A DNA stretch of 64,000 nt, taken from IMG/VR virus record IMGVR_UViG_3300036770_007547, positions 124,001 to 188,000 of that record; one strand, given 5' to 3'. The notes under the pieces were generated by a model. It was not told the DNA's origin and made no database searches. It worked only from the letters and a program-made list of their open reading frames with translations. Numbering within the stretch: the first letter of the stretch is position 1; each line of letters begins with the position of its first letter. This document shows, piece by piece, positions 45,192 to 60,100 of the stretch. The position numbers and the translations under genes were made by a program.

Positions 45192-48100
45192 TGGCCAAGC
45201 GCAGGACCATAGACTTACTTCCTGAGATTTTCCAGACAGACACCAATCGTCAGTTCCTGTCGGCCACCTTGGATCAGATGATCCAAGAGCCCAGCGTACA
45301 ACGAATACAAGGTTATGTGGGACGTCGCATCGGTCCAGGAGTGATACCCAGCGATCCATATGTCAACGAGCCCACCAAATCTCGCACCGATTACCAGCTC
45401 GAGCCCGGTGTCATATTCCTCAAACCCGACACCTCCACTGCCACTGACACCATCACCTATCCCGGCATGTTGGATGCTCTGCGATTGGACAACGGAATCA
45501 CGGTTCGCCAGGATCGCATGTTCGAGAATCAGTACTACGCCTATGATCCCTTTGTAGATCTCGACAAGTTCAGCAACTACAGCCAGTACTTTTGGTTGAG
45601 CGAAGGGCCCGATGCGGTCGATGTCAGCAGCACTGCCATCCCCATCACCGATGATTTCACAGTCACACGCGGCAGCAACGACTACACTTTTTCAGGAGTG
45701 GCCGGCGAAAATCCCATATTGACCCTGGCACGTGGCGGAACCTATAATTTTGCGGTAAATCAAAACGGTCACAACTTTTGGATCCAAACAGCACCGGGAG
45801 TGAACGGTGTGAATCCCGACTTCCCCAATCTCAGTACTCGAGATGTGCTGGGCGTGATCAACAACGGCGAAGACAACGGCACAGTGCAGTTCAACGTGCC
45901 CTACAAAGACGCACAGAATTTCTACTATGGTCTCAACACCATGGAGCCTGTGGATCTCTTGGGTCAGGGATTCAAGTTCAACGAGATCAACAACATCTAT
46001 GTCAACGATTTCTTGGCCAAGCATCCCCAGGGCATCGACGGTATCACCGAACTCAACGGACTCACCATTGTTTTCCCCAGTCGCATCGGCGATGCCGATG
46101 ATGGCGGTTGGCGCATAGACACACAGTTTGATCCACTGGTGCGTACCACGCCCGATCGTATTGGCACCTACTTCAGCTATGATCTAGTCACGAGAACCGT
46201 GGCCGATCGCACGTCAGAGACTCGCAGCTTTGACTTGGTCACACGCACCGTGCCCAATCAAGTGGTGCAAGAAGTGGGATTCGATGCCACAGTGCTACCG
46301 TTTGACGAGCAGCCATTTGGAGCCACCACCAATGTCGAGACCGGCGTACCTGATCCCTTGGATGGCACACCCGGCACATTTGACTTTGATCCCGAGGACA
46401 GCAGCACCGATGATTGGGGCTTTGACGCTCCTGAAATCGAAGTCACTGCCGGTCCCACCGATCCCTTGGATGGCACACCGGGCACGTTTGACGTCAGTGG
46501 ATTTGAAGAGCCCCAGGTCCTGTCAGTATCGGGTCCACCCGATCCACTGGACGGTGCCGACGGTAGCTATGACAGCCTACCCTATGATCAAGACACCGAC
46601 ATCGTGTTGCGAGCACAGCGTTACAGCGTGTGGCAGATACAGTATGTCGAGGATGCCGACGGCGAATACTACATGACACTGCGCAGCGTGGCACAGATAC
46701 CCAATCTGTCGCGTTTCCGCATCAGCTACGGTGCCGAATACAGCAGCACCGAATGGTGGAAAGATGGTTCAGGATTCTTGGATCGTGTTCCGCCCTTGAG
46801 TGCCGTGCTAGATGAGCTGTGGTATCAGGATTCCACCAATCCCGATATTTTTGGATTGATACGCTTGGTGGATGTGGCCGATGCCAACCCCATCAATGTC
46901 GACGACATAGTGGGGCAGACCAAATACACCAGTCCCAATGGTGTGATATTCACCAATGGACTCAAGATTAAGTTTCGAGGTCCCACCAATCCAGTTGAAT
47001 ATCAAAATCAAGAATTCTATGTAGAAGGTGTGGGCACTGGTCCAGGCAACGAACTCAAAGTGGGATTCGTTGATGGCGAAGCCTACTTTGGGCCGTTCCA
47101 TGTGTTTGAGAATCGACGCATGACCGGTGCCGAACACAGCGACGAGGTGTTGCAGCAGTACATCTATGACACGCTGGAGGAAAGCATAGCCGCCGCTGGA
47201 TCGGCTGGTCCGTTGTTGGCCACCCTAGGAACCGATCCCCAGCCCGGAGTGATCAAGAACAACGGCATCAAATTGATACCGGTCACAGACATGGTCACTC
47301 CTGAGACTTACACTCTCAACGAACCCGTGCCCTACAGCGACTTTGGATTTGATGTTGGCAACTTTGATGCCACGCTGAATGCTCCGTTGTTGCCTGACTA
47401 TATCACCATGAGTCGAGCAAGTCCGGATCAGAACCCCTGGAGTCGCAGCAATCGATGGTTCCACAAAGATGTGATCGCTTACAGCGCCGAGCTCAACAAT
47501 TCAGTACCAGTCTATGACAACGAGTATCGAGCGCAACGTCCCATTATCGAATTCCGTGCCGGACTCAAGCTCTGGAATTTTGGTTCGCAGTCACAGGGAC
47601 AAGTCAATGTGATCGATTTCCTGGAAACTGATGCTCTCAGCAACATCAATGGGCAGATCGGTTATGGCTATGATGGATACGAATTCGTGGAAGGCACCCG
47701 TGTGGTGTTTGCGTCGGACCGAGATCGAGAAGTTCGCAATCGGATCTATCGTGTCACGTTTGTTGACAGCAACGATGACGGCAATTCTCTGATAAGGCTG
47801 GTGGCCGAACCCAATGGCATAGCACAAGCCAATCAAACTTTGGTGTGTTTGAACGGTGTCCAACAACAAGGACAGGCATTCTGGTTTGACGGAAACAATT
47901 GGATACTGGGGCAACAAAAAACATCCATCAACCAGTCTCTGTTGTTTGATGTGTTTGATTCCGACGGTATCAGTTTTGGAAATCAAACTCGTTATCCCAG
48001 CAACACGTTTGTGGGCAATCGACTGTTTGGATATCGGCGCGACGAAACTGCCACAGTGGACTCGGTGCTGGGCTTTGGACTGACCTATCAAAACATCGAA

Positions 48101-51100
48101 AACATCGGCGACATCGTGTTTGAAAATTTCCTGTACACAGAAAATTTCCTCTACATCGAAGACAACGCCAGTATTGAAAAATCCGTGGGCGATGGCTATG
48201 TGCGGCAGTACCTAGATCGTGTGAGTTTCCTCAATCAGATCGGATGGCAACCTGCCCAGGCCGAAAGCCGCAGCCGCCAGGTGTTTAGATTCAATTTCAC
48301 TGGTGCTGATCTCGTGTTGGATGTGCCGGTGTTGTTGGATTACACATATTCTTCCACGCAGATGTTCGTGGAAGGTGTGTTCTATGACACTGATCGATAC
48401 ACAGTATCGATACAAGGTGAAACCACACGCATCAGCTTTGTGGATGCACCTCCCGTGGGCAGCTTGATCGAACTCCAGGTCATCAGTGATTTTGCCAGCG
48501 AGTTGGCATACTATCAAATCCCAATCAATCTCGAAAACAACCCGCTCAATCTCGACAGCACTCGGTTTACCTTGGGCGGATTGCGCAATCACTACGACAG
48601 CATCGGGCAGAATCTCAGGGATCTAGAAGGACCGATCAACGGTGCCAACAACAGTCGCGACCTCGGCAACATACTTCGATATGGTACCAGCATCGTTCAG
48701 ATGAGCGCACCCATGATACTCCCCGGCGTGTTTTTGCGCAAGCCCGAGTATGATGTGTTTGCATCCATCGAATACAACAGCCGCGAGTACATCAAGTACA
48801 AGACACAGTTGCTGGATCTCGCAGCCAAAGGGGATTATGTCAATCTCACTCCCACTGAGATACTAGACAACGCAGTCGAAGAAATCACGCTGGGAAAGAC
48901 CGAATCCTTCCCGTTCTACTGGAGTGACATGTTGCCGTCGGGCGATACCTTCACTCGTTTGCTTTATACAGTGTCGCCCATTACCACCAATGTGTTTGAT
49001 ACCACAAGAATTTTTGACTTGAACAGCTCCAACTTCCAAGGCGTTCTTGTGTTCTTGAACGGGCGCATACTCACACGCAACTACGATTATCTAGTGCCCA
49101 ACGATCGTGCAGTGGTCGAACTCTTGATCCCATTGGCCATCGGTGATGTCATTGAGATACGCGAGTATGACACCACTTATGGCAGCTATGTACCAAACAC
49201 GCCCACCAAGATGGGTTTGTATCCAGCCTTCAAGCCCGAGATATTCATAGACACCAGTTATGCCGAACCAACTGCTATGATACGCGGTCACGACGGTTCA
49301 TTGACTGTGGCATTTGGTGATTTTCGTGACGATGTCTTGTTGCAGTTTGAAACCAGGATTTTCAACAACATCAAGATCAATACTCCGGTTCCGCTAAAAG
49401 ATGTTGATGTGATCCCCGGACAGTTCCGGGACACCGGATACAGCCTGGCCGAAATCAATTCTATATTGCTGCCTGACTTTTTGTCATGGGTGGGGTACAA
49501 CGGTCTCAATGCCAACGAACAAACATACATCGGCACCGATGAGTTTACCTACAATTACAGTCAATCCGGCAATCGACTCACTGGTGAACCATTGCTGGGT
49601 GCCTGGCGAGGAATCTATGATTATTTCTTTGATACCTCGGCGCCCACCACACGTCCTTGGGAAATGCTGGGATTCAGCCAACGACCCGACTGGTGGGAAT
49701 CGGTTTACGGCCCTGCGCCCTATACCTCGGGCAACTTGGTGTTGTGGCGAGATCTCGAACGAGGATACATCGCCGATCCCAACGATCCAAGATTTGATGC
49801 TCGCTATGCCCGACCCGGTTTGACATCGGTGATACCAGCCGGCACCGAGGGACAACTCTTGAGTCCTTTGGGCAGCGTGGTTGGAAAATTTGACAAAAAC
49901 AGTTTCCGACGCAGTTGGGTGTTTGGAGACAACGGCCCGGTGGAATATGCTTGGCGTACCAGCTCGAGCTGGCCGTTCGCTGTGATGCGCTTGCTGGCGC
50001 TCACCAAACCAGCCAAGTTTTTTGGACTGTTTGTGGATCGCGATCGTTATGCCTATGACAGCAATCTCGAACAGTATCTTTGGAACGAAAGATATCGTCT
50101 CGATCCCGCAGACATAGCACCGTTGTACGGCAACGGAGTCAGTCGTGCCAGCTACATCAACTGGATCATTGACTACAATCAACAGACTGGTGCAGACAGC
50201 ACCACCAATCTCACAGTAGATCTCGCCAACTTGGATGTGAGATTGTGTTGGAGGTTGGCTGGATTCACATCCAAGACTCTGCTCAAAGTGTTTACAGAGC
50301 GCTCCACTCCGCGCGGTGACAACCGTAGCTTGATGCTACCAGACGAAAGCTATCAACTGTTGCTGTATCAGAACGAAACCACCGAAGAAGTGGCCTACAG
50401 CAGCGTGATGGTACAGGTGTCCGATCAGGGCTGGACCGTGCTGGGCTACAATTTGCAAAAATCTTATTTTGAAATTCTCACCAGCAATCCAGCCGGTACG
50501 TTCCGGACCATAGAAGCTGCCGGCACTACGGTGCGTGTGCCCGATGAATACACCGACATCGTGACACGAGTACCTTACGGATATACATTCACTAGTCGTG
50601 CTGCGGTGTGTGATTTCTTGTTGAGTTATGGTAGATTCTTGGGTGATCGAGGATTCCGATTCACCACCCAAGAAAATGGCTATACCATGGATTGGTTCCA
50701 GATGGCCAACGAATTCTTGTACTGGAGCAACCAAGGATGGGGCACCGGCAGCGTGATCAATCTCAACCCTGGTGCCAACCTCCTGGAGTTCCAGCGCAGC
50801 GGCGAAGTAGTAGAAAGCGTCACTCCGTTCCGTCCCTACAGCATCGTACTGAATCAAGCACGACAGCCCATGGCAGCGTCTGACTTGGTGTTTGATCGCA
50901 TCGAAGATCAATTCCGTATACGGAATCTCAGCGCAGTCAGCACCATAAACTTTGCCAATGTGCGACTGACCACTTACGAGCACATGATCGTGCTCAACAA
51001 CACCAGCATATTTGACGAATTGATCTACGATCCCAGCACCGGCAATCGTCAGAGTCGCATCCTGGTTTCGGGTTACAAGAGCGCCGACTGGGACGGCACT

Positions 51101-54100
51101 GTGAATGCTCCTGGATTTGTGTTCAACATCAGCAACGTGCCCGAATGGCAGAGCAATCGCAAGTACACCAAAGGTGAGATCGTGCTGTTCAAAGACGAGT
51201 ACTGGTCTGCTTCGACTATAATACAGCCCACCGAGACCTTTGACTACAGCAAATGGATCAAGAGCGACTATGCCGAGATCCAACGCGGGCTGTTGCCCAA
51301 TGCTGCTTTGAGCAGCGACGAACTGTCCAACTCTTATGACATTTATTCAGCGAATCTAGAACAAGAAGTTGACTTGTTCAGCTACGGACTCATTGGATTC
51401 AGACCACGTGCTTACATGCAGTTCTTGGATCTCAATGATGTCAGCCAGGTCAATCTCTATCGACAGTTCCTTGACAGCAAAGGCACACGCATCAGCACTG
51501 GTGTGTTCAACGAAGCTGACCTTGGTAAAGAAATAGCTCGCTACGACATCTATGAATACTGGGCCATGCTCCGCAACAGCTACGGGGCCACTGCCAATCG
51601 CAGCTACTTTGAACTCTTGTTGAACGAAGGCAATCTGCAAAGCAATCCCAGCACCATACAAGTGGTACAGACAGTGGTCACTGACAGCGTGGCTGATCAG
51701 ATAGTGACTGTGGATTCAATATGGAAAAGCAGCTACAAAATCACATCGCCGTCGATATTGCCCACCACGCTTTCTGCAGTTCGTCCCGACCAAGCACTGC
51801 CCAGCGCAGGATATGTCAATCTCGAAGACGTGGACATCACAGTGTTCAGCCTCGAAAACAATGTAGATCCTGACATCATCAATCAAATCAACGTGGGCAC
51901 CACGGTATGGGTAGCCAATGTCAATGTCTATGATTGGAACATCTATCGCACAGAAAAAGTAGATGCAGCAGTGACACGAGTGTCTGACAATCTAAACGGC
52001 ACCAGCACAGTGACGTTTGATCGAGCTCACGATCTCGAGGTTGGCGACACACTGATCATCAAGTATTTCAACGACGATGTCAATGGTTTCTATGTGGTAC
52101 GAGGCACTCCGACATTGACCACTCTCACCATTGATTATGCATTTGATGGCAATGTTACCACGCTGACTGGAACCGGTCTTGGGCTGACCTTGTCAAGCTC
52201 GCGGGTGTCAGAACCCAGTCGTATCGCCCAGCTGCCCTATGCCACTCAGTTGTTTCCAGGAGTGCGAGCCTGGGTTGACACCAATCGTGACAATCGTTGG
52301 ACAGTGTTGCAAAAGACCGAGCCCTTTACAGCGCAGGTGCCCCTCGCCCCCAGCGTGCCGGTGCGATACGAAAACTTTGGAGCATCGATCAGCCAGGGAC
52401 TTTACAATCTCAGTGCGTTGATCGGGGCTCCGGGATACAATCCTCTTGATCTAGCCGCAGCACCGGGTGCAGTCTACAACTATGTTCGCAACGAAGAAGA
52501 CGAATTCGAACAGCGCAGCGTCACCGAGCTCAATGCCATTGGTGTGCAAGGTTACGGAAACGCCATCGATGTGGGCAATCAGAACTGGGCCGTGGCCGGA
52601 GCCAGCGCCAGCAACAACAACATGGGCTATGTGACCACGGTGTATGTGGCACCTGGCACCGAAGATTTCCGACTCAAACAACTGTTGGTACCGCCCGATC
52701 AAGATTTTGGTGATCTAGAGTTTGGATACTCGGTGACCATGAGTCTCGACGAACAGTGGGTTTACATCGGTGCCCCGGGAAAAAACAAAGTTTATGCCTA
52801 CACTCGAGTGGATCAACAGCCGCAGACTGTGAGCTACAACACCGACGGCGCTGCTAAAACGTTCAATTACAGCAACCATCTCGTGGTCAACAGCAATGAT
52901 CCTAGACAGATCGTTGTGTTGTACAATGACCAAGAGCTGGAGTACGCAACCAGTTGGACCGTGGACAGCAGCAATGTGATCCTCACGTTCACACCACCGG
53001 CCGGACATGTTGTAACACTGAGCCGGCGAACCATACAACAGCTGGATCGAGCAGTATCTACCGATCTAATCCCCACCAATATCGTGGGTTCGGGTTCGGG
53101 TGCTAGATTCACATGTGTGACCCAGCGTGGTGAATATCAAATCACTGCCACATCTGCAGGCATCGGATATGCAGTTGGTGATGTTCTCAGCATCGATCAA
53201 GACGACATCGACACCCGGGACGCACCAGCACCGGCCGCAGTGACCACAGCCTACACCGGAGGTAGTGGCACAACAGTGAATGTCACCAGCACCACCGGCA
53301 TTGGCGTGGGCATGACCATCAGCGGCACAGGATTTGAAAGCGCACAGTATGTCACCGAAGTGGTGGACTCGACCACCATCACGACAAATCTAGCCCCAGA
53401 TAGCACACCGTCAGGCAATCTAGTGTTTAGCCACAATGCATTGTTGGTGATCACTGCCGTGGGACAAGAAACCTATGAAGGTGACGGCAGCACAACAACA
53501 TTCAGTATACTAGGTCGTTATACCACCACAACCGAAGTGTACGTGAACTCGGTGCAACAGACATTGGGCGTGGACTACAACTTCAGCGACGACTATTCCA
53601 GCGTGATTTTTGTCACCGCACCGCTGTACGGTGATGCCATTGTGATCGACTTTGGCACACTAGAATCATTTACCACCAACGGACACGGTGTGGCCGACCA
53701 AGCCAATTTCTCCATCGATGACTACTTGGCCACAGCCACTGACCTCTACAGTTTCTTGATCACAGTCAATGATCAAGTCTATCGGCCACATCTAGACTAC
53801 GATCTCAACACAGACAGCTCGTTGGATCCTCCCGAACTGATATTCAACACTGTACCGGCCATAGGATCCAGTATCACTGTGAGCACCGACAGCCATTTCA
53901 AATACGTGAACACTATCTCTGTGTCTGGTTTGGATGAGAACGCACGATTTGGTCACAGTGTGACCTGCAACACCAATGGATCGGTGTTGATAGTCGGTGC
54001 GCCTAACCAAAGCGCTGATCAAGGGCGTGCCTACATATTCGATCGATCGGTACAGAGGTTCCTGGTCACCGATCCCACCGATCAAGTGTTTAGCACTGTG

Positions 54101-57100
54101 CGTGATCTAGAAGTTCCAGGCAACATCAGTGTCAGTGTCAATGGTAGATTTTTGTTGCCTGATACATTGAACATTGGCGGTCAGTTTTCGGTTGATGTGT
54201 CAAATCCTGCCAACCAAACCGTGACTTTGGATTACACACTCAATCTCGGTGACACAGTCGAGATCAACACCAATCAATTTGTGTTGGTAGAAACCGTGTC
54301 AGCCACACAATCAGCTGAAAAACCACAGTATGGATATCTAGTGGATCAGTGTATCAACGATTGCAGTCTTTACATCAGTGCACCACGAGACAGCTACGAG
54401 ATCAGCAATGGTGGCAGCGTTGAATTCTTGCGCAACCAAGCCCGCATATACGGTACCATCACCACAGATGTAGCCAATCCAGTTCTCACCATCGGCGATT
54501 ACATACGCATCAACAATTATTTTGTGGAAGTCACTGGTGCCACAGTGAGCGATCTCGCCGATGACATCAATGCTGCTGCCATACCCAATGCAGTGGCCGC
54601 TGTCACACCGGATCTAGAATTTGCCGGCGATGGCGGTACCAAGATATTCAGCATAGGCAGCATTTATTCTGATGCCACCAGTTACACCACCGTGGTATAT
54701 CTCGACGATGTTTTGCAAACCGAAGGCGTAGACTACACCTACGATGCCGACAACGAAAACATAGTGTTTGTGGTGGCTCCCATCATCACTTCGACTGTGC
54801 GTGTGGTGTCCGGGCGACTGACAATATCGGCCAAAAATATATCAGCAGCGCCCGAGTTAGACAAACTCAAGGTGTCACCGGGCACAGGATCTGTGTTCAC
54901 AGATCTTGGAATAGAAACTTATGTGTATCAACAAACTGTGCGGCCACCGGTCAAGCAAGCATTTGCTGGATTCGGTGAAAGTATGTTTGTCAGCGACGAC
55001 ACCAGCACGCTGATCATTGGTGCTCCCAACGGTAGCACCATACTTGACACCAACTTTGATGATGGCAACACAGTGTTTGACAGCGACGGTACCAACTTTA
55101 TCGATCCCATCGAGCAGAGTGGTGCTGTTTATTCCTACGATTTCTTGGACTCGGCTAACCCATCCATCACCAACCCAGGTCAACTGATTTTTGGGCAACA
55201 GTTCGTGATAGAAGGTCTACAGTCACTGGATCGTTTTGGAGCATCGGTGGACCTGACCACGGGCACACTGTTGATCGGCGCCCCGGGCTACGATCTCGAG
55301 GACAGCGCATTGAGCGATTTTGGCCGTATAGCCCAGTTCCGCAACCTAGAAGATCAGCCGGCCTGGTTCCCGTTGAGACAGCAACAGCCCGTGGTCGATG
55401 TCAATCTCTTGAACACCATATTCATGTACGATCGTGCCAGTGGACAGCCCAGACAATACTTTGATTTCTTGGATCCCTTGCAAGGACGTTTGCTGGGTGC
55501 CGTGCAACAAAACATCGACTACATTGGTGCTGTGGATCCGGCTTTCTACAACCAAGGTGCTGTCAACAATCAAGGCAGCCGCTGGGGACAACAGCAAGTG
55601 GGACGGGTATGGTGGAACACTGCAAACGCTAGATTCATCGATCCCAACCAAGACGATATCATATATGCCAGCCGACGCTGGGCCCAGCTCTTCCCGGGCA
55701 GCACAGTGGATGTTTATCAATGGGTAGTTAGTCCGGTGCCTCCCGCGCAGTATGCTGGAACCGGCACAGTGTTCAGCACACAGAGTTATGTGGTCAGCTC
55801 GTCTATCAACGAACAGGGATTCCTGCAGACACAGTACTACTTCTGGGTCACTGGTATCAGCACCATCGATCGAGATGCCGGAAAGACCTTGAGCATCGAC
55901 ACTGTGCGACGCTACATTGAAAATCCAAGAGCCAGCGGCATCAGTTACATCGCTCCGTTGTCGGCATCGACCCTGGCCATCTACAACGGCAAAAACTATA
56001 TTTCTGCCGAAGACACTGTGTTGCACGTCGAGTTCGACAAAGAACTCAACAACAGTGTGGTACACCAAGAATATCATCTGATCGCTGAAGATCGCAGCGA
56101 TGGCTTCTTGACACCGGTGTTGTACCGCAAGTTCCTGGACAGCATAAGCGGTGCCGACACGTTTGGTAATCAAGTTCCAGATCCTTTCTTGAGCCCCAGT
56201 GAAAGATACGGCATACAGTTCCGTCCGAGACAGAGCTTTTTTGCCAACCGCTTCCTGGCACTGAAAAACTATATCACTCAGACCAACTCGGTGTTGGCAC
56301 GAGTGCCCGTTGCCGAACAACGACGTTTTAGGCTGCTTGCCAGTTTTGATCCCACTCCGCCCGCTAGTTCGGGGCTGTGGAACCTAGAAGTGGCCACATA
56401 CGATGAATTGCTGTATCAGGATCTACGCCAGGTATCCATGGGATATCGTTATCTAGTGGACACTGATCGCACCAACAATGGTCTCTGGACCATATACGAA
56501 GTGGTACCGGGACTGACGCCCAGCGGCAAAGACCTGCAGATCAAGTTGGTGCAAAACTATGACACACGCAAATACTGGACTCGAGTGCCCTGGTATCGTC
56601 CCGGTTACGATCCATTGAGTCGTATCTTTACCACTGTGCCCAATGTGGCCAGCCTGGATACCCTCACAGTGCCCGAAGGCACCAGCGTCAAAGTCGAAGC
56701 CAACCTCGATGCCAAGTGGGAGATCTATCTCCTAGAATCTGGCAGTTGGAACCGCGTGGCCGTGGAAGACGGTACCATACAGATCAGCAACAGTCTATGG
56801 AACTATGGCATTGGAAACTTTGGTTTTGACCGTGAAGTGTTTGATGCACAGTACTTTGACCAGGCTCCGTTGATTGAAACACGCAATGTGATAGAAGGAA
56901 TCAACCAAGAACTGTTCATAGACGATCTTGCCATCGAGCGCAATCGTCTCTTGATCATGATCTTCAATTTCATCCTCAGCGAGCAAGAAGCTCCCGAGTG
57001 GCTCACCAAGACCAGTCTCATCGACGTGGATCACATCGTGCGAGATCTCGTACCGTTCCAGAACTATCGCCGAGACAATCAAGACTTTATCCAGGACTAC

Positions 57101-60100
57101 ATCGAAGAAGTCAAGCCCTATCACACACAGATCAAAGAATTCAATCTCAAGTATCAGGGCGCAGATGTCTATCAAGGCACCACCACAGACTTTGATGTAC
57201 CGGCCTACTGGGATCAGACCGAACAGTTGTTCGTGAGTCCGGTGTTGGACAATACCGGAACACTGAGCCCCACCAGCAGCACTCCCAGCACCAGTGAGAT
57301 ATGGCAAACATCGCCTTGGGATCAATGGTATTCAAATTATCTACTCGGCATCGAAGAAGTCACTGTGCTGGATGGAGGATCTGGATACAACCTAGCCCCC
57401 GAGGTCATAGTCACCGGAGATTGCCAACGACAGGCTGTGATGCGTGCTCGCATCAACAGTGCTGGTCGAGTGGTCGATGTTGTTGTCCTGGATCCAGGCC
57501 AAGGATATCTCACCACAGCGACCATCACGTTCACGGGTGGCAATGGATCTGGCGCCAAAGCTGTGGCCTTGATGAACAACAGCATGGTGCGAGGTATAAC
57601 CACAAACATCAAGTACGATCGCTACGAATATCAGACATCGATACTGACATGGACCGCAGGCGTCACTTATGCACCGGGCAGCCGAGTTCGCTACGATGAT
57701 CGTGTATGGACCAATTCTACCACAATCACCAGCTCTGAGTTTGATCCCACGCAGTGGACCTTGGTGGCAGCAGCTGATCTCAGTGGTGTGGATCGCACCA
57801 TGGGATTCTATGTCCCAACCCCGACCACTCCGGGACTTGATCTTGCTCAGCTGATCACCGGAGTCGAGTATCCTGGCGTGCAAGTGGATGCTCCCGATTT
57901 CGATCAAGACACTGGTTTTGACCGTGGTAGATTTGACATCAATCCCTATGACAACATCAGCATCGACGAGACCGGACAAACCACGTATGATGTGGCCATA
58001 CTTGATGCCATCTATGAAAGCCAGTTTGATGATCCCTTCTTGGGCACACGCCCGTCGGACATCAACGTGGACGGCGGTGCATTCGTTGACACATACTCCA
58101 GTCATGCACCCGAAGAACTTGTGCCCGGCGCCAGTTTCGACACTCTAGACATGCGAGTGTATACCACTGCTGGTGATGATTGGGCCCAGGACGGTCATGG
58201 ATTCCCCATCGCCAGTCGCAATTTTATATTTGACAGCACCGAAGTCGAACTGTCGTTCTCGGGCGCTCTGCCATACCCTGTGGGTGTAGCAGTCTACAAC
58301 GCCACCAAGCGAGTCCAACTCAATCAAGGATTTGATTACACAGTTGATTGGGCCAACTTTACTGTGACCATACTTGACAACGCCGATGACAACAACATTT
58401 TGACCATCAATGTGTACGGTATTGGCGGTGGCAATCAGATACTCACCGAATCCTATCTTGGAACCGACAGTGGTGGCACACTGATATTCCCGGTCCAGAC
58501 CAGCGTGATCGATGAACTTGTTGTGTTCGTCAACGGCGACAATGTCACTGATTTCACCTACGAGCAGTTCAATGTGGCTGACACCAAGATCATATTCAAT
58601 GACAGCACTCTTTATGGTCCCAACGACCGCATCATAGTTTGTGCTCTTGGTGTATCTCCTTTGCGTGTTGGCACATCCTGGAGCACACCAGTAACCGAAT
58701 ATGTGGTATCAGATGGCAGCATTGGATTCACACTCAGCGAGAGCATGTCTGGTACCAATCCAGCCAACCTCATAGTCAACAAAAACGGCGTGCGTGCCCG
58801 CCCACCACAGTCGGCCCGATACATCGGCGACAATACCACAGTCACTTACGATCTGCCACCGCCCGAAGGCTACAGCCAGATCGCTATGGCCGACAACGAT
58901 GTCAGTGTTTATGTAGACAATCAACCATTGATACTGGGCGTGGATTTCGTGCTAGATCCACTAGACGACAGCACCCTATTGCGTACTGTGACCCTGACTG
59001 ATGTGCCCGCAGCCGGTGCACAGATATTGATATCTGTGCGCACTGCCGCACAATACTGGGTGGTTGGAAACACCATCACGTTCCAATCCCGACAAGGTCT
59101 GGTGCCCGTCGAGGGCGACATCATCAGCATAACTTCGTTCAACGACACTGCTTATCAAGACATACTCACACAGGTATTTGTGGGCCCGGTAACACAGTCG
59201 TTTGGATTGGCACAGGCATTTGATGAGCGGCCATTCGACGAGGGCAACATCACCGATGATCCGGGATCTTATGATTATTCATCGGGCAGTGATATATTGA
59301 GCAATCGATTCCCGTTGGGATTTGACATCACAGATTCCAATCGTTTGATAGTCACTTTGGACGGACGTTATCTGCAGCCCGATCGTGGTTACACCATCGA
59401 CGGACAGGTTTTGGTGATTTCTGGACCCACCATCAACGCATCACAGACTGTTACTTGCACCAGCTTTACCATGAAGACTGTGCCCGCTCCGGTGGCATTC
59501 CGTATCTTCCAAGACATGCGTGGTGCACAACGGTTTTATCGCATAACCCCCAGTGCCAGCACCCGGCTCGCTCAGCCGCTCACAGCCACAGCTGATGTGA
59601 TCTATGTGGACGATGTTACCAAACTCGATGACACCAATCCAGTTCGTGGTGTCCTAGGCACCATAACCATCAACGGTGAGCGCTTGCTGTATCGTTACAG
59701 AAATGTGGAAACCAACTCTGTGAGCGGACTGCGTCGAGGAACAGCTGGTACCGGAGCAGCCAATCATGCAGTTGACAGCTGGGTCTATGACATAGGTCGG
59801 GGCAATCTGCTCCCGGCTTTCTATCAAGACACCATATTCCAGCAAGATTTCCTGGCCAACGGCACCAATCGAAGATTTGTCACAGAAGGCATCAATCTCA
59901 ATAGCCTGACTCCCGAGTTTTTCGACCAGGCCGTGCAGATTTATGTGGGCGGATTCTTGCAGACATCGGGCTACTATTTCTTGAGCCAGAGTCCCATCGC
60001 AGTGGAATTTGATGTTGCGCCCCCAGCGGGCTATCAAGTCACTGTGATCGTGAGACAAGGACAAGAATTCTACGAACCCGGACTAGAAAGCACCCTGCAA

